Source of the DNA: Basidiobolus meristosporus CBS 931.73
Taxonomy: Eukaryota > Fungi > Basidiobolomycota
Length of the DNA: 64,000 bases
Direction of reading: 5' to 3'
Assembly: GCA_002104905.1 (NCBI GenBank)
Contig: MCFE01000328.1
Coordinates: forward strand, 30,238-94,237
Below the pieces are notes generated by a model, which saw only the letters and a program-made list of their open reading frames with translations, had not been told where the DNA came from and ran no database searches. This document shows, one piece after another, positions 46,560 through 59,876 of this stretch; the stretch's first letter is position 1, and every line of letters begins with the position of its first letter. Both the position numbers and the translations under genes were made by a program.

Positions 46560-49500
46560 TTAATATTGTGTAGGCCCTTTGATGGGATGTTCACAATTAC
46601 CTTCATAGGGGCTACTTAGCTCTACTAATGTGTCATGCACTAATATAGTCATCAAAGGCAAAAACTCATTCAAAATCCTCTTGGTTCCTGAAGTTGAAGC
46701 ACAAGCAGATGTGTCTAGTTAGAACTATGCAAATTATGCACAGAATTGTTGGTATGCAACTTCCTCATCAAAACCTCTCATTCTCTGCTCATTCTCAAGA
46801 TCAGTACTTCTCTTGTTGTATATCTTCTTATATACATCTGCTGGTATCTTGATGAAAAACTGATGCCACAAATTTCTACTCAAATTTATCATCTCTGTCA
46901 GCTCTCCAAGGTATCCAGCTCTGTTGGATTAGAGGAGCCCAAATATCTATATGAAAGCTCATCATAGATACTTATTCCATACTAAAATCACTTGTTGAGA
47001 ACTTGAATGGACCTTACATTGACTTTTCTGGCCTTTACTGTGCTAGTGAGCTAGGGGATGTGTTTTGTTTGGATTGTACTGAGAACTAGTTGAGACTTGG
47101 CTTACAGACCAAAGTGATGGATTTCAATACTGATACTGTAGCATATTGGCATCAACATGGTCTTATATAAAACACTTATGAAAGCTATTATGATTGTTAT
47201 TAGTATATCATGCAAGAGACTTCTTGGATTGCATAGATATGAATCAGATCAAATCAGTTGCAGATTTCCTATTTGCTAATAGACCTGTGAGTAGATCATT
47301 AACTAAATTACCATGTCATTGTTTTTAGATGATTTTGTAACATGATGATTTGGTACATGGCAATTGATGGAGGTATGATCTTGATGCAATCAAAGAGTTA
47401 AACTGATAGCTCCAAATAATCCAAATCACATCTACACAATCACCTGCCAACCTTAGTACTATTGCAACCCAAGAGGTGTTTTAGATATACAGAACCTATC
47501 AAGAAAGAACGACTGTAGTTGAACAGTTCTTCATTTGTGAAGAAGCTCAATATTCATATCTATGTAGAAGTATTGCAACTGTGATACTAAGTACCAAGGG
47601 TTTCTTGGCATTTAGGAGCATTCTGTAACAGCTTCAGGGTTGGTACATGATGTTTTAAAAAGTATTAATTTGATCTTGACTATAGGGAATAATCATATGA
47701 TCCTAGATCTGAAGAAAGTGGCAAAGCTAGAAATTTTCAGCTCTTGAATGATACTACAAAGTCCAAGATTTCAGCACCCCCCTTATCTAAATGATTTCTT
47801 AAGCCTGATTTCTTGCTGAAACTCTCATTTGCAGCAGTAATTAAGGATTTATTATTAAGTGAGTATAAATACCATACATATTAGGTCTTTATTTCTAGAA
47901 ATACCATGGCAATTTTGGGTGCATGTAACTTTTGAGCCTACCTGTTAATCAAATGCTAAGCCTATATCTGATCTGTGACACTGCAGGACTTTGGCTTTGT
48001 ATCAAAAAACTTTGATCCTTAATAATTCTTGTATATATATGGCTTCCTCTCCTGAAAATCATAGGGAGAGCCTGTCTCTCCAGAATCTCTACACTCTAGA
48101 TACTGGTTTAAAGGCTATAAGACTTCCCCATTGAGTATTCTGACTCTGATTAACACTACATCAGTAAAGAGACAGAGAAGCTTGCAAGATTCCAATCAAA
48201 GTTCTGCAAGAAAACTACAGCTTTTCTATTGGAGAGTTCCCTGTGAGTTGCACTTTTACTTTAAAGAAACCTCCTAAGACACCCCTTTTGTCTAAAGACC
48301 CCTGTAGAAACCCCATTAATAAACCCCTTTACTCTCAAGACAACCCTTTGAAGACCTCTTTGAGAGCCCCTATACAACAACCCTTTAAGCTTAAGGGGAG
48401 TTCAGAACTTCCAAGTACAGGATTTTTTTCTCAGAAAGGAAAGTGACTTCCAACTAAGAAAATGTTACCATAAAAGTAAATAAGCACAGTAGCTGATAGA
48501 AGGTCAGAACTTTACAGTAGAGGTGGGAAACATTGTCTAGAATATATTTTGAGCCTGAGACTTGGGATATTAGTGGAAGTAACATCTTTGTTTGGTATAT
48601 CAAAGTATCACTGACTGTTACAGAAGTAGCGTACTTGAAGTTATTGTATACATCTAATTAGTCTCTACATTGCAGAACAAGCCATATACTAGTCGTAATA
48701 CAACATCATGCATCACTGCTGCTGGATTTACATTCAAGACATGAGAGAAATTCTAAACCAAATGCTGTGGACCATCTACCACATTGTACTCAAGGAGATT
48801 CCTAGCTAAGCTTCAATGCTATTATTAGATCTATTGCTCTACAAGGTTTCCACCTGTCATCCATGGCAGCAAAAGTCCTTGAAGCATTCATTCCTGGCTG
48901 ACAGCAATGGAGGACCACCTTGCAGAGGGTATGAACAACTTAGAACAAGCTTACAATACCATTCTCAGAATCTCCAACAGACAACCATAACCCAGAGTGC
49001 TCAGCAACAGGTTCCATGCTTCATGAGTGACTTTGATACCTTCCTGGTCAAGATTAGCGGACATTCTGGAGGGTGATGGTATTGTTTTTTTAGCAAACAC
49101 CAGGCACACTGCTTGAAGTTTCAACACTGTCTGATATTGAGGGTAACATCATCTGGTTCAGTGGGCCATTTTCTGGTAGCAGGCATAACAAAGCATTCTG
49201 GAAAGAGAACCATCCAATAATCAGTAGAGAGGCAAAATGTATGGCAGATCTAGCTTATTTAGGAGACAATTGTCAGAGATCATATTATATAACAGCTTAT
49301 AGGAAGCCCAGGAATGATGTGCTTAGTTGGAAGCAGAAGCTCTAGAATGAAATATTTAATCATTTTCCTATTAAAGTAGAGCATCCAGTTGAGTTCTTAA
49401 AGAGACTCAGCATATTGGCCAGTAAATACAGAGAAAAGTCAAGTATAAGAGAAAGCAGCAGGATAGGTAAGATACTCAAGATATTCAATGAACAGTATAC

Positions 49501-49718
49501 TCATACAAGATGACATTCACTAAGAGCAATGTGTCTGGAGCATTATGGAGTGTAAATCAAGCAAGGAAAGCACTATACTGCGCAACATAAGTAAGATCAA
49601 ATATGATTATCAGTAACTCTATAGTACCACTAGCATCATGGTAGAAGTTGTAGTGCCAGAGTGATTGGGCATTATCAAAAGGCTGGCACTATATGGCACT
49701 ATACAACAAAACAAGTCT
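46560..49718. mobile_element. Degenerate Harbinger-like element (copy 3): partner ORF on minus (~46560-47050), transposase on plus (~48690-49600), TIR ending 49718
   Basis: 46700-47200 is the reverse complement of 59800-60330. 48700-49600 is the reverse complement of 58595-59470. The terminus ...AAACAAGTCT has GGCACTAT repeats. Confidence 0.8.
47460..47810 (-). mobile_element. Degenerate copia 3' LTR with PPT and pol tail, inside Harbinger-like copy 3
   Basis: 47460-47776 matches the 369-bp LTR with an internal deletion and is followed by CCCCCCTTATC. Confidence 0.8.
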
Positions 49719-50124
49719 ACAATATATCAATGGTTAAAGCTCACCATACAGCTCTTATTAGTCACTTATGCATGGCAAAATACTTTGTAGCATCTGTGTG
49801 GACAAGTAATTTGCATCCTGACTGTAGCAGCTACATCTTTCCAGTGATATAAGATAGGTGACGTACAAGCTGGAGGTAAACACTTTGAAGTCAGCATAAA
49901 TCCTAAAGGCAAGGCACTGGTTGATGCATCTCTTTTGTATTATGGGTACTCTGCATATAGCCTGAATTAGACAATATCTTTGGCTGCTACTGGTTAGGAT
50001 ACTATACATACAAATCCATGTTAACTAACACACTTGCATCACCTTGACTTTGAAGCAATTTGTTGGAATACCTGCATGCATACCACATATCATATTTTAT
50101 TGACAAAGAACTTGTTCACATATC

Positions 50125-50255
50125 TGCTATGATCTACCACTTGAGCATTTAAGTTAGATCTGTTTTTAGTAAAATCAATTTGCTCTATGTTAAGCCTATC
50201 AATATATCAATGTTGGCTATGAAATCAAGAGTATTAGTCAGCAGTTGAATCAATA
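50125..50255 (+). repeat. 5' fragment of a gypsy family A LTR
   Basis: tgctatgatctaccacttgagcatttaagttagatc matches 13695 onward. Confidence 0.75.
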
Positions 50256-50389
50256 ATAGCTTGCTGTGTCATATCTGGCATTCCCTTATTTGCCCCCATT
50301 TGAGGGGACATTGCGTGATCCTCAGGTGGAGCACTTCACCACTATTATGATCTGTTGCATGAATGTCCAAGTAAGAACACCTTATGAAT

Positions 50390-52500
50390 AATAATATGGT
50401 CCTGTGAGTGGATCCAATTTGGATTAGCCATCATGATCCTGCTTGGAGACTCTCAGAAAACTAGCAGCCTGAAGTATATGACCCTCATGACAATCTTGTA
50501 ACAGGACCACAACAGCTTCTTACTAATTTTACTGCCAAATAAAGTTATAAGACAATACAGGGTTTGATTGGTGCTGTGACAATAATTGCTAGGTATTGTT
50601 GCTGTCTTAATACCACTATTTTAAATGGATCTAACTGGCCAGTATATCCAATTGTCTTATATGACAAGAAACTTGACTGTATTTTGATGGCCTCATTGCA
50701 AGTCACTGATGACATTATTACAGTAGTATGGCACCCTATAGCTAGTTCTGTATAATGCTACTGAGCCAATTTGCAAAATGGTATTTCCTTTTTCCACCTC
50801 CCCTTGTGCAATTCATACATTCCACTATAGATATCACCCAACTTTACTTGCTAACCCACTATAACCTTGAGTATTCCACATACAGTTCAAATCAAAAAAA
50901 CCTATTGCCTCCTGCTTAGTAATGTCTACAAACACACACACCTGCCGCAATTGATATGCTTCTATCACCCAAGCTTTACACCTTATTAGTGTGATACTTG
51001 CCAAGTTGCCATATACCTTGTATTGCTGTAACATATACATCTTGCAAGCATATGCTTGGCTGCCACCACTTCTGTAATGAATACCTCCTGAATATCTGTC
51101 AGAGCTTTATGTTATCTAGTCAATGCATTCCATCTCCCTGCTGGATTCTAGTTCCCCTGATAGGTGCATTCTGGCTCTTGTTTGTGTGAACTCTATATTG
51201 AGTGGTGTAGATGTTGGCTTGTCACCATGAGAAATCCAGCATATCTTGGTTGAGTTTTCCCAATAACAATTAGTTGCTTGTTCAACCCTACCCAACTTTG
51301 TATTACTTGACTGATTACCCATGCATTGGGGCTTCCTAGCTTCTTAATGCCATAGGCATAGGTGTCTCTGTGTGCACATCTGTCCTCAGTATTTTCTAGC
51401 TTTTCCTGGCTGTCCTCTATGTGCCCACTCATCACATCTGTGACAGACTTGAAGTTGATTTTCTTGATGAGACTAGAATATGGCAGTACTTGCAACTTGA
51501 CTTGTCTTCCTCTCTCACCACACATCTGCTCTGTAGGAAACTCCTCAAAGGTGAAGCAAGGCCCAATATTCTCCTCACACCAAGCAAGATTGAGTAGAGA
51601 ATGAATACAGTAGTGGCATGATGGTGAAGAGGTACTCCTGGGAGAAGCTATACAACTCAAGGTGTGTGAGGTGTCTGATGGGTACAATAGCATCTGGGCC
51701 AAAACTGCTGGTGTCTTTGACAATATGTCACTATGGCAAAAGCTCCAGCCTCTCTAGCTTTCTAGGTGCTCCAAGTGTCTACAATGGCCTCTGTGTCACT
51801 TGTGAAAAGCTCCTTGATGGCAACTCTGAGATGTAACTGTTGAAGGCCAGTACAATGATTAACTGCAGATCAATAAGGGAGAAGTGTTACTGATAGAAGG
51901 GAGGATTTATTGATAAGGGCTTTAGTTCCCTTAAATACATTTCCTGTTTGCCAAGTGATTATCAATGAGAAGGTTCTAGAAACTTCCAGGTATCCATGGA
52001 AATCTTGATGACACCACTATGAACTAAGAATACTCCAAGAGTGTCCTGGAAGGTTATCAAAGACACAGCACATACAACCAATCAGGGATCAGTAGTCTGA
52101 AACCTGTGCATCATAGAGATACTCTATGTGGTATTGGAATGGTAGGGATGGGAGCACAGACTTAGGTAATGTGTCACAGGTGCTGGCACAGGTACTTACC
52201 TAATGTAGATATATATACTGAGTACAAAGCTGAAAAACATCTGGGATAACCAATGATAATAACTAAACAGGGTAAACATCATTATGGGATAATACTATCA
52301 ATATGGGCAAAAGAAGAATGGGATAATATTGATAGGATAAAATATGGATGAGTGCATCAGATTTACTATATGATAAACTTGTTGGTGGGAGGTATGTTTA
52401 CCCTACCACATCAGTAGAGATCAACTTGTTCAGCATTATATTTGTGGTTTAGCTGCTCAAATCCTTACAAACCCCTTGCACAACAGCTGTAGATGTGTCA
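50390..52500 (-). mobile_element. CACTA transposase 3' fragment interrupted by a family B-related solo LTR
   Basis: ORF 51193..51723 contains IHSLLNLAWCEENIGPCFTFEEFPTEQ. Sequence matching 53950 resumes at ~52414. Confidence 0.8.
51619..52410 (-). mobile_element. Diverged solo LTR related to the 60406-61476 LTR
   Basis: Minus strand starts TGTGGTAGGG (cf. TGTAGTGGGG). 51880-52170 aligns with 60670-60930. The end matches the 4560-4583 LTR end. TSD is unclear. Confidence 0.78.
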
Positions 52501-52543
52501 AGTTGGCATTGATGAACTGCTTCTGTATAAATATTCCTACAAT

Positions 52544-52700
52544 AGACTTGTTCCACTGTACCATGCCAGGGCATGCGGTGCAATCTGTGGTCTCCAAGAA
52601 CAATTGAGTGCAATATTATAGCTACCTGTAGGTAGGATTGCTCTTGGATAATACTGCACCATATGGGACAATCTAGTACACTATGGCACAATCTGACACA
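52544..52700. mobile_element. Truncated Harbinger-family terminus
   Basis: AAT|AGACTTGTTCCACTGTACCAT; no matching right end seen. Confidence 0.65.
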
Positions 52701-52719
52701 ATGTGCCCTATGAAAAATA

Positions 52720-55700
52720 ATTTTGTCCTGCTAGTAAATCCAATCCAGATCAGCCATCAGGATCTTGTTTAGAGGCCACCATAATACCTGCAGCTTCAAA
52801 TTAGTGACCCTCCTAACAATCTTATTATGGGATCATAATGGTGTTTAGCTAATTTTACAACCAAATAAAGGGATAAAACTTCACAATATTTTATTGGTGC
52901 TGTGACAATATTTGCATGGTATTGTAGCGGTTTTTTAGCGCTCTATAACTATTTTAAGTGAATCCAGCTGGCCAGAACATCCAATTACCTTATATGGCAA
53001 TAAACTTGATGGTATTTTGATGGCCTCACAGCAAAACTCTGATGGCATTATATTGGCAGTATGATGGCCTACTGCTGGTTCTGTATAATGCCACCATACC
53101 AATTTACCAAATGGTATTTCCTTTTTCTACCTCTCCTTGTGCAATTCAGACATTTCACTGTAGAATCATCCCTATTGATCTGCTTACCCACTACTACCTT
53201 GGGCATTCCACATATAGTTCAAATAAAAAAAACTATGGCCTCCTGCTTACTAACCTCTACAAACACACACACCTGCCACAATTGACATACTTCTATCACC
53301 TCAACTTTACTGCTATTGAGTGTGATACTTGCAAAGTTACCATATACCTAATACTGTTGGCAACATACACATCTTGCAAACATATGCTTCGCTGTTGCAA
53401 CTTCAGCCATGAATACCTCCTGAATATCTGCAAAGAACATCTTGGTATTTAGCCAATATATTCCTTCTGCTTACTGGATCCTAGTCCCTCTTACAGGTGT
53501 GCTCTGGCATTTGTTTGTGTGAATTTTGCATTGGATGGGGTAGAAGTTGGCTTGTGACCATGAGAAATCTGGCATATGTTGGTTGAATTTTTGTGATAAA
53601 AATTAGCTGATTGCTGCACCCAACCTAACTTTGCATTACTTACCTGATTACCCATGCATTGGGGCTGCTTAGCTTCTTAATGCCATTGGCATAGGTGCCT
53701 CCATGTGCACATTTGTTCTGAGTATTTTCCAACTTTTTCTGTCTATCCTCCATGTGCCAACTCATTACATCCATGACAGACTTGAAGGTAGTATTCTTGA
53801 TAAGATTGAAATACGGTAGTACCTGCAACTTGACTTGTCTTCCTATCTCTCCACACGTCTGCTCCATAGGAAACTCCCAAGAGGTGAAGCAAGGCCCAAT
53901 ATTGTCCACACACTGTGCAACATGGAGTAGAGAATGGATAGAGTAGTGGCAGAGATCTATGTGTTCAGCTTTATTTTTGTAGTATAGCTGCTCAAATCCT
54001 GTCACAAACTCATTGCACAACAGCTGTAGATGCTTCAAGCTTGCATTTGTGATCTGCTTCTGGATATATATTCCTAAGATGTCCACATGTGACTCCCAAT
54101 GCTTCCAATGTACCCTTGGTAGAAATGGCTTCAGAACACCACTTGAATAAATACATATCAGTTCATCCAGTCTTTGCACTTGTATTGTTGCATATGCATA
54201 TGAATATTAATTGGAGCCTGTAAGAAGTACTTAAGGTAGAGATACTCTGCAATATTTTGCCAATTGTTTCAAGTTTCTCTGGTCTCTTGAAGGGCTCATT
54301 TAGCTTGAAATGCCCCATGTACAACTTGGTCATCAGTATAGGGATATTGTTGAAAAACAAATGCATTACTTGCTAAGGAAAGCTTTTGCTCCAACAGATA
54401 CCCTCCATCTTAAGTATATCCTGCTTCCAATTGATTCCATATTCCAGCCAATGGCTTATAGCTTGCCAACTTTGCTGCAATTGCATGCTAACTCCTGAAT
54501 GTTCTCTCTGTGGAAAGATGATGCTCTTAGTGTTTGTGTATGGGTAATAATAATGTGTGTGAGTTATGGAGTAAATCCCCTGGATTTCACACATTCAACA
54601 GCAATACCATCCATTGTGCTGGGAAAAGCCTACCATCTTGCTGATGGCTGGGGTATCACCAATGGAGATGATAGTATGTGCTTTTACATTACGGCCATTT
54701 ACCATTATCCTGCTGGAAAGCATACAAAATTCATCCAGCAATAGATGCAGGTAGCCATCCAGGTTGGACAGTAATTTAGGCCCAGATATCAGTGAGACTA
54801 CCATCAGATTATTGCTCTGATACCATAAGATGGACAGCAGATTCAGATTGATCAGAATCATTAGCCAGCAGGATTTGCTAGTAAAGTACATGTTTAATGA
54901 GAATCCATCAATTGCTAAAGCAAAGGCATAGTCATACATACCTTCAAAGTAGCCCTTGCTTCTTAGCTGTTTGTAATGTTTGCCATCAAATGTATTGGAT
55001 ATGTTTGCGCTTGATTGATACTGAGTGCAGTACTGTATAGGTTTGCAATATTTGTTGTACTGCATCAGCTTCCTTAGACAGAGTATGACCAGAATATATC
55101 TGGAGTGTGTACAATGTTTTCTCTTGATAGTGGTGGATTCCTGACAATTTGGACATGTTGCAATGGTAGCCTTTTTGGATGTGAAGGCCATGCAACTGTA
55201 AACACATGCTGGAATCAGGACAGTCTCTGGATCATATGTTGCCAGCCGCATGATGGTTGTCCACTTGTACCATGTACATGGTAAGTTGCATCCGGGTATG
55301 ATTTTGACAAGAAGTGGTAATAAGTCCTCAAAGCCCCCATTACTGATATTGGTGGAAACACACCACATCTCTAGCCACAACATTACATCACTTACCAGTA
55401 GAAGGATTACTGGGCTCACTTGGCTCCATAAAGTATCTTTGGCATTTGTTACAACAGGTGTTGTCTCATTGCATATAGGGATTTGACTGGGCTCAAAAAT
55501 GGTACTGTTGTTAGGGGAGATAGGCTCAAATCCATCAGTGAACCTTCTTTGTCAGAGTTATCACTCTGCATGCCATATTCAGAAGGCTGAGGTATGCCTG
55601 AAGGTGTCACAAACTCACCTGACTCAGCTTACACAAGGTGACAAAGATGGCCAGGTGCCAGTATAGAAGTATCAACTGGCCAGCAAGATATTGTTGGTAC

Positions 55701-55845
55701 AGTAGTGACCATTGAATGGTCAAATAATACTTGGGTGGCAAAACACTGGCCATGATGCTTGTAATACTTCCTATGGTGTCTGTATGCTTCATGGCTGAGA
55801 GGCTTGCCACAATAGCCACATGGTCTTTTTCTCTTCTCTTATGGC
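52720..55845 (-). pseudogene. Most complete CACTA/EnSpm (Transposase_21-like) transposase copy
   Basis: ORF 54595..55419: TFDGKHY, LAIDGF (D), CWLMILINLNL, SGPK...LLDEF, IGDTPAISK (D), HNGWYCC. ORF 53640..54179: IHSLLHVA, GPCFTSWEFPME (E). The N-terminal Cys/His motif lies near 55800. Confidence 0.88.
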
Positions 55846-55847
55846 AT

Positions 55848-56782
55848 CTCCATTGGTGATACCCCAGCCATCAGCAAGATAGCAGGTTTTTCTAGGCACA
55901 ATGGACAGTATTGCTGTTGAATGTATGAGATCCAGGGGATTTACTCCATAACTCACACACATTATGATTACCCAAGCAATATGTTACAGAGTGTCTGCTA
56001 CCCTAAGTACTTTTCATGGGCTCCAATTAATATTTATATGCATATGCAACAATACAAATGCAAGGATTGGATGAACTGGATATGTATTTATTCAAGTGTT
56101 GTTCTGAAGCCATTCCTACCAAGGGTACATTAGAAGCATTGGGAGTCATATTTGGACATTTTAGGAATATTTATCCAGAAGCAGATCACAAATGCTAACT
56201 TGACGCATCTTCAGCTGTTGTGTGAGGAGCTTGTGACAGGATTTGAGGGGCTATACTACAAACATAAAGCTGAATGCATGGATCTCTACTGCTACTCTAT
56301 CCATTCTCTACTCCATCTTGCACAGTGTGTGGACAATATTGGGCCTTGCTTCACCTTTTGGGAGTTTCCTATGCAGCAGATATGTGGGGAGATAGGTAGA
56401 CAAGTCAAGTTGCAGGTGCTATCATATCCCAATCTCATCAAGAATATTACCTTCAAGTCCATCATGGATGTGATGAGTTGGCGCATAGAGGACAGCCAGG
56501 AAGAGTTGGAAAATACTGATGATAAATATGCATATGGAGACATCTATACCTATGGCATTAAGAAGCTAAGCAACCCCAATGCATGGGTAATCAGGTAAGT
56601 AATGCAAAGTTAGGTTGGGTGCAACAAGCAACTAATTTTTATCAGGAAAATGCTACCAAGATATGCCAGATGTCTCATGGTCACAAGCCAACTTCTACAC
56701 CATTTAATACAAAGTTCACACAAACAACAGCCAGAGCACACCAATAATGGGACTAGAATCCAGCAGGGAGAAGGAATATATT
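55848..56782 (+). pseudogene. Second CACTA transposase fragment (core to C-terminal), inverted
   Basis: Starts IGDTPAISKIAGFSRHNGQYCC; ORF 56152..56598 contains IHSLLHLAQCVDNIGPCFTFWEFPMQQ. Confidence 0.85.
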
Positions 56783-57950
56783 AGACTTGTTCTGTTGGAT
56801 AGTGCCACATAGTGCCAGCCTGTTTATAGTGCCAGATTGATCTGGCACTATAGTTTCTACCATTATGCCAGTGGTAGGATATAGTTACTGGTAGCTTTAC
56901 TCACTCTTATTTATGTTGCTCAGAGCAGTGCTTTCCTTGCTTCACATGCTCTTCATAATGCTCCAGACACATTTCTCTTAGTGGATGTCTTCTTGTATGA
57001 ATGTACTGTGCATTGATAAGAATCTTAACTATTTTACCTATTCTGCTGTTTTCTCCTATATATGACTTTCCTCTGTATTTACCTGCCAATATGCTGAATC
57101 TCTTTAGATATCCTATTGTATGCTCTACTGTCACTCTGAAATGATTTAATATCTCATTATAGAGCTTCTACTTCCTGCTAAGCACACCATTCCTTGGCTT
57201 CCTATAAGCTATATTACATCCTAATCTCTGACAATCCTCTCCTATAGTATCTAAGTCTGCCATGTGTTTCTCCCCTCTACTGAACTCTGGATGATTCTCT
57301 ACCCAGAGTGCTTTGTCATGCATATATCCAGCAAATGGCCCACTAAACCAGATGATGATACTTTCAATGTCAGACAGTGCTTGAAACTTCACATAGTGTG
57401 CCTTGTACTTGCCAGAATAAAAGTGCCTCTGCCCTCTAGAAGGTCTGCTAATCCTGACTGGGAAGGTATCCAAAATACTCCTTATATGGAACCTGTTACT
57501 GAGCACTCTGGGATATGGAAGTCTATTGGAGCTTCTGAACCTAGTACTCCAAGCCTGCTCTAACTGATTCATACCCTCTGCAAGGTGATTCTCCATTGCT
57601 GACAGCTGGGAATGAAAGCTTCTAGGACTTTTGTTGCCATGGATGGTGGGATGAAACCTTGTGGGGAAATAGTTCTTTTAAAAGCAGAGTAGCTTAACAA
57701 GGGATCTTCTTGAGTAGATTGGGGTAGATGGTCCACAGTACTTAGTATAGATCTCTTTTAGTGTGTCAAAAGGAAATTCAATGGAAGTGATGGGAGTGAT
57801 GAGAAAAGACCATTCAGATGAGTAAGTCATATTAAAATTGGTAGATCATTGGGCTGAGGTGAATCAAATCAATTTGGCATGATCAGCTTTATATATCTGA
57901 TTTTCCATGCATTATGATTAACTCTCCATCAATTGCCATGTTGTTGTATT
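56783..57950 (-). mobile_element. Harbinger-like element copy 1: TIR and transposase pseudogene (56907-57830)
   Basis: ATT|AGACTTGTTCTG. ORFs 57168..57596 and 56907..57134 lie in one frame with in-frame stops. Homology to copy 2 is lost after ~57950. Confidence 0.88.
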
Positions 57951-58594
57951 CAGGAGAAAAGTGTAATCAACTTTGAATGAGCTAACTGAACCTAAGTGAC
58001 AAATAGGTGCAGAATCTTAGCATTGTCAAGAGTGACAGAAATATTAGCAGAGAGGTTCTGGTCTAACATTGGTCATATAGATAGCTGAGTTGGGCTATAA
58101 AGGCAACAGAGTAGGCTTGCTATGCAGGCTAGGCTTGATGTTCTTGAGAGCGCTAGATATGCTGAGCTTGGGTAGAAATTAGGATGGATTTGTTGAATTC
58201 TTAATTTTGTTGGGACACACACTAAACCCAAAGGTTCAGTAAGCTTTATTTATACTTTTCTGATTGAGTTGCATCAGTAAGTGCCAAGAGACTGGACTAG
58301 TTGAAATCTGTTGGGGTGTTGATAGATGCATAAGATAAATGAACAATTGCATCATTAATCAGCTGATATCTTGGCAACTGCTAAGTGGTTGGATAAATCT
58401 CAGATGGCTAATCATTTGGAAAGGCTTAGCAGCTCAGTTGAGGATGTAATAGACTTGTTCCGTTGGATAGTGCCACATAGTGCCAGCCTGTTTATGGTGC
58501 CAGATTGATCTGGCACTCTACAGCACTATCTGGCACTATATTTTCTACCATGATGCCAGTGGTATGATACAGTTACTGGTAATTTTACTCAATC

Positions 58595-59518
58595 TTACTT
58601 ATGTTGCTCATAATAGTGCTTTCCTTGCTTTATTTACTCTTCATAATGCTTCAGACACATTTCTCTCAGTGGATGTCTTCTTGTATGAGCATACTGTGCA
58701 TTAATAAGTATCTTGACTATCTTACCTATTCTGCTGTTTTCTCCTATATATGACTTTCCTCTGTATTTACCTGCCAATATGCTGAATCTCTTCAGATATC
58801 CACATGTGTGCTCTACCCTTACTCTGAAGTGATTTAATATCTCATTATAGAGCTTTTGCTTCCTGCTAAGCATACCATTCCTTGGCTTGCTATAGGCTGT
58901 AATACATCCTAATCTCTGACAATCCTCTCCTATATAGGCTAAGTCTGCCATACATTTCTCCCCTCTACTGAATTCAGGATGATTCTCTACCTAGAGCACT
59001 TTGTCATGCCTATATCCAGCAAATGGCCCACTAAACCAGATGATGTTACCCTCAATGTCAGACAGTGCTTGAAACTTCACACAGTGTGCCTTGTACTTGC
59101 CAGAATAAAAGTGCCTCTGCCCTCTAGAAGGTCTGCTAATCCTGACTGGGAAGGTATCCAAAATACTCCTTATATGGAACCTGTTGCTGAACACTCTGGG
59201 ATACAGAAGTCTACTGGAGCTTCTGAACCAAGTATTCCAAGCTTGCTCTAAGTCATTCATACCCTCTGCAAGGTGGTTCTCCATTGCTGTCAGCTGGGAA
59301 TGAAAGCTTCCAGGACTTTTGTTGCCATGGATGGTGGGATGAAACCATGTAGGGCAATAGTTCTTGTAATAGCAGAGAAGCTTAACAAGGGATCTCCTTG
59401 AGTAGATTGGAGTTGATGGTCCACAGTACTTGGAATAGATCTCCTCTAGTGTGTCAAAAGGAAATCCAGTGGTAGTGATGGAAATGATGAGAAAAGACCA
59501 TTCAGATGAGTAAGTCAT
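58595..59518 (-). pseudogene. DDE_Tnp_4-type (PIF/Harbinger/IS5-like) transposase, ~307 codons, two in-frame stops
   Basis: ILDTF (D), YSGKYKAHCVKFQ, WFSGPFAGYRHD, MADLAY (D), RVRVEHTCGYLKRF.IL (E). Copy 1 has W and H codons where this copy has stops at 58991 and 58634. Confidence 0.9.
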
Positions 59519-59876
59519 ATTAAAGTTGGTGGATGATTTTATGGAGGCGGTTTGAATTGACTTGGCGCAATCTGCGTTATTTATCTGATTCTTAATACAT
59601 TATGATTAAATGTCCACCAGTTGCCATGTATCCCATCATTATGTGGCAAAAATCATCCACAAATAATGCCCTGGTACTTTTATTGATGCTTTAATCATAG
59701 GTCTATAATCAAATAGGAAATCTGCGATTGATGTGATCTGATCCGTGTCAACACAATCAAGATGCATCATGCATAATATATGGAAAATTCAACAATCACA
59801 TTAGTTTTCATATATATTTCATATAAGACCAGGTTGATGCTAATATACTGCTGTATAAGTATCCAAATCCATTGCT

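Noticed and set aside
48260-48400. Loose ~12-bp periodic ACCCC/GCCCC pattern
   Set aside because: Too degenerate to define a unit by eye, and no second copy was found.
50340-50344. CACTA pentamer as an element terminus
   Set aside because: It overlaps a decayed gypsy A LTR start (tattatgatctg). I could not find convincing CACTA TIRs or 3-bp TSDs for any copy, so the element ends remain undefined.
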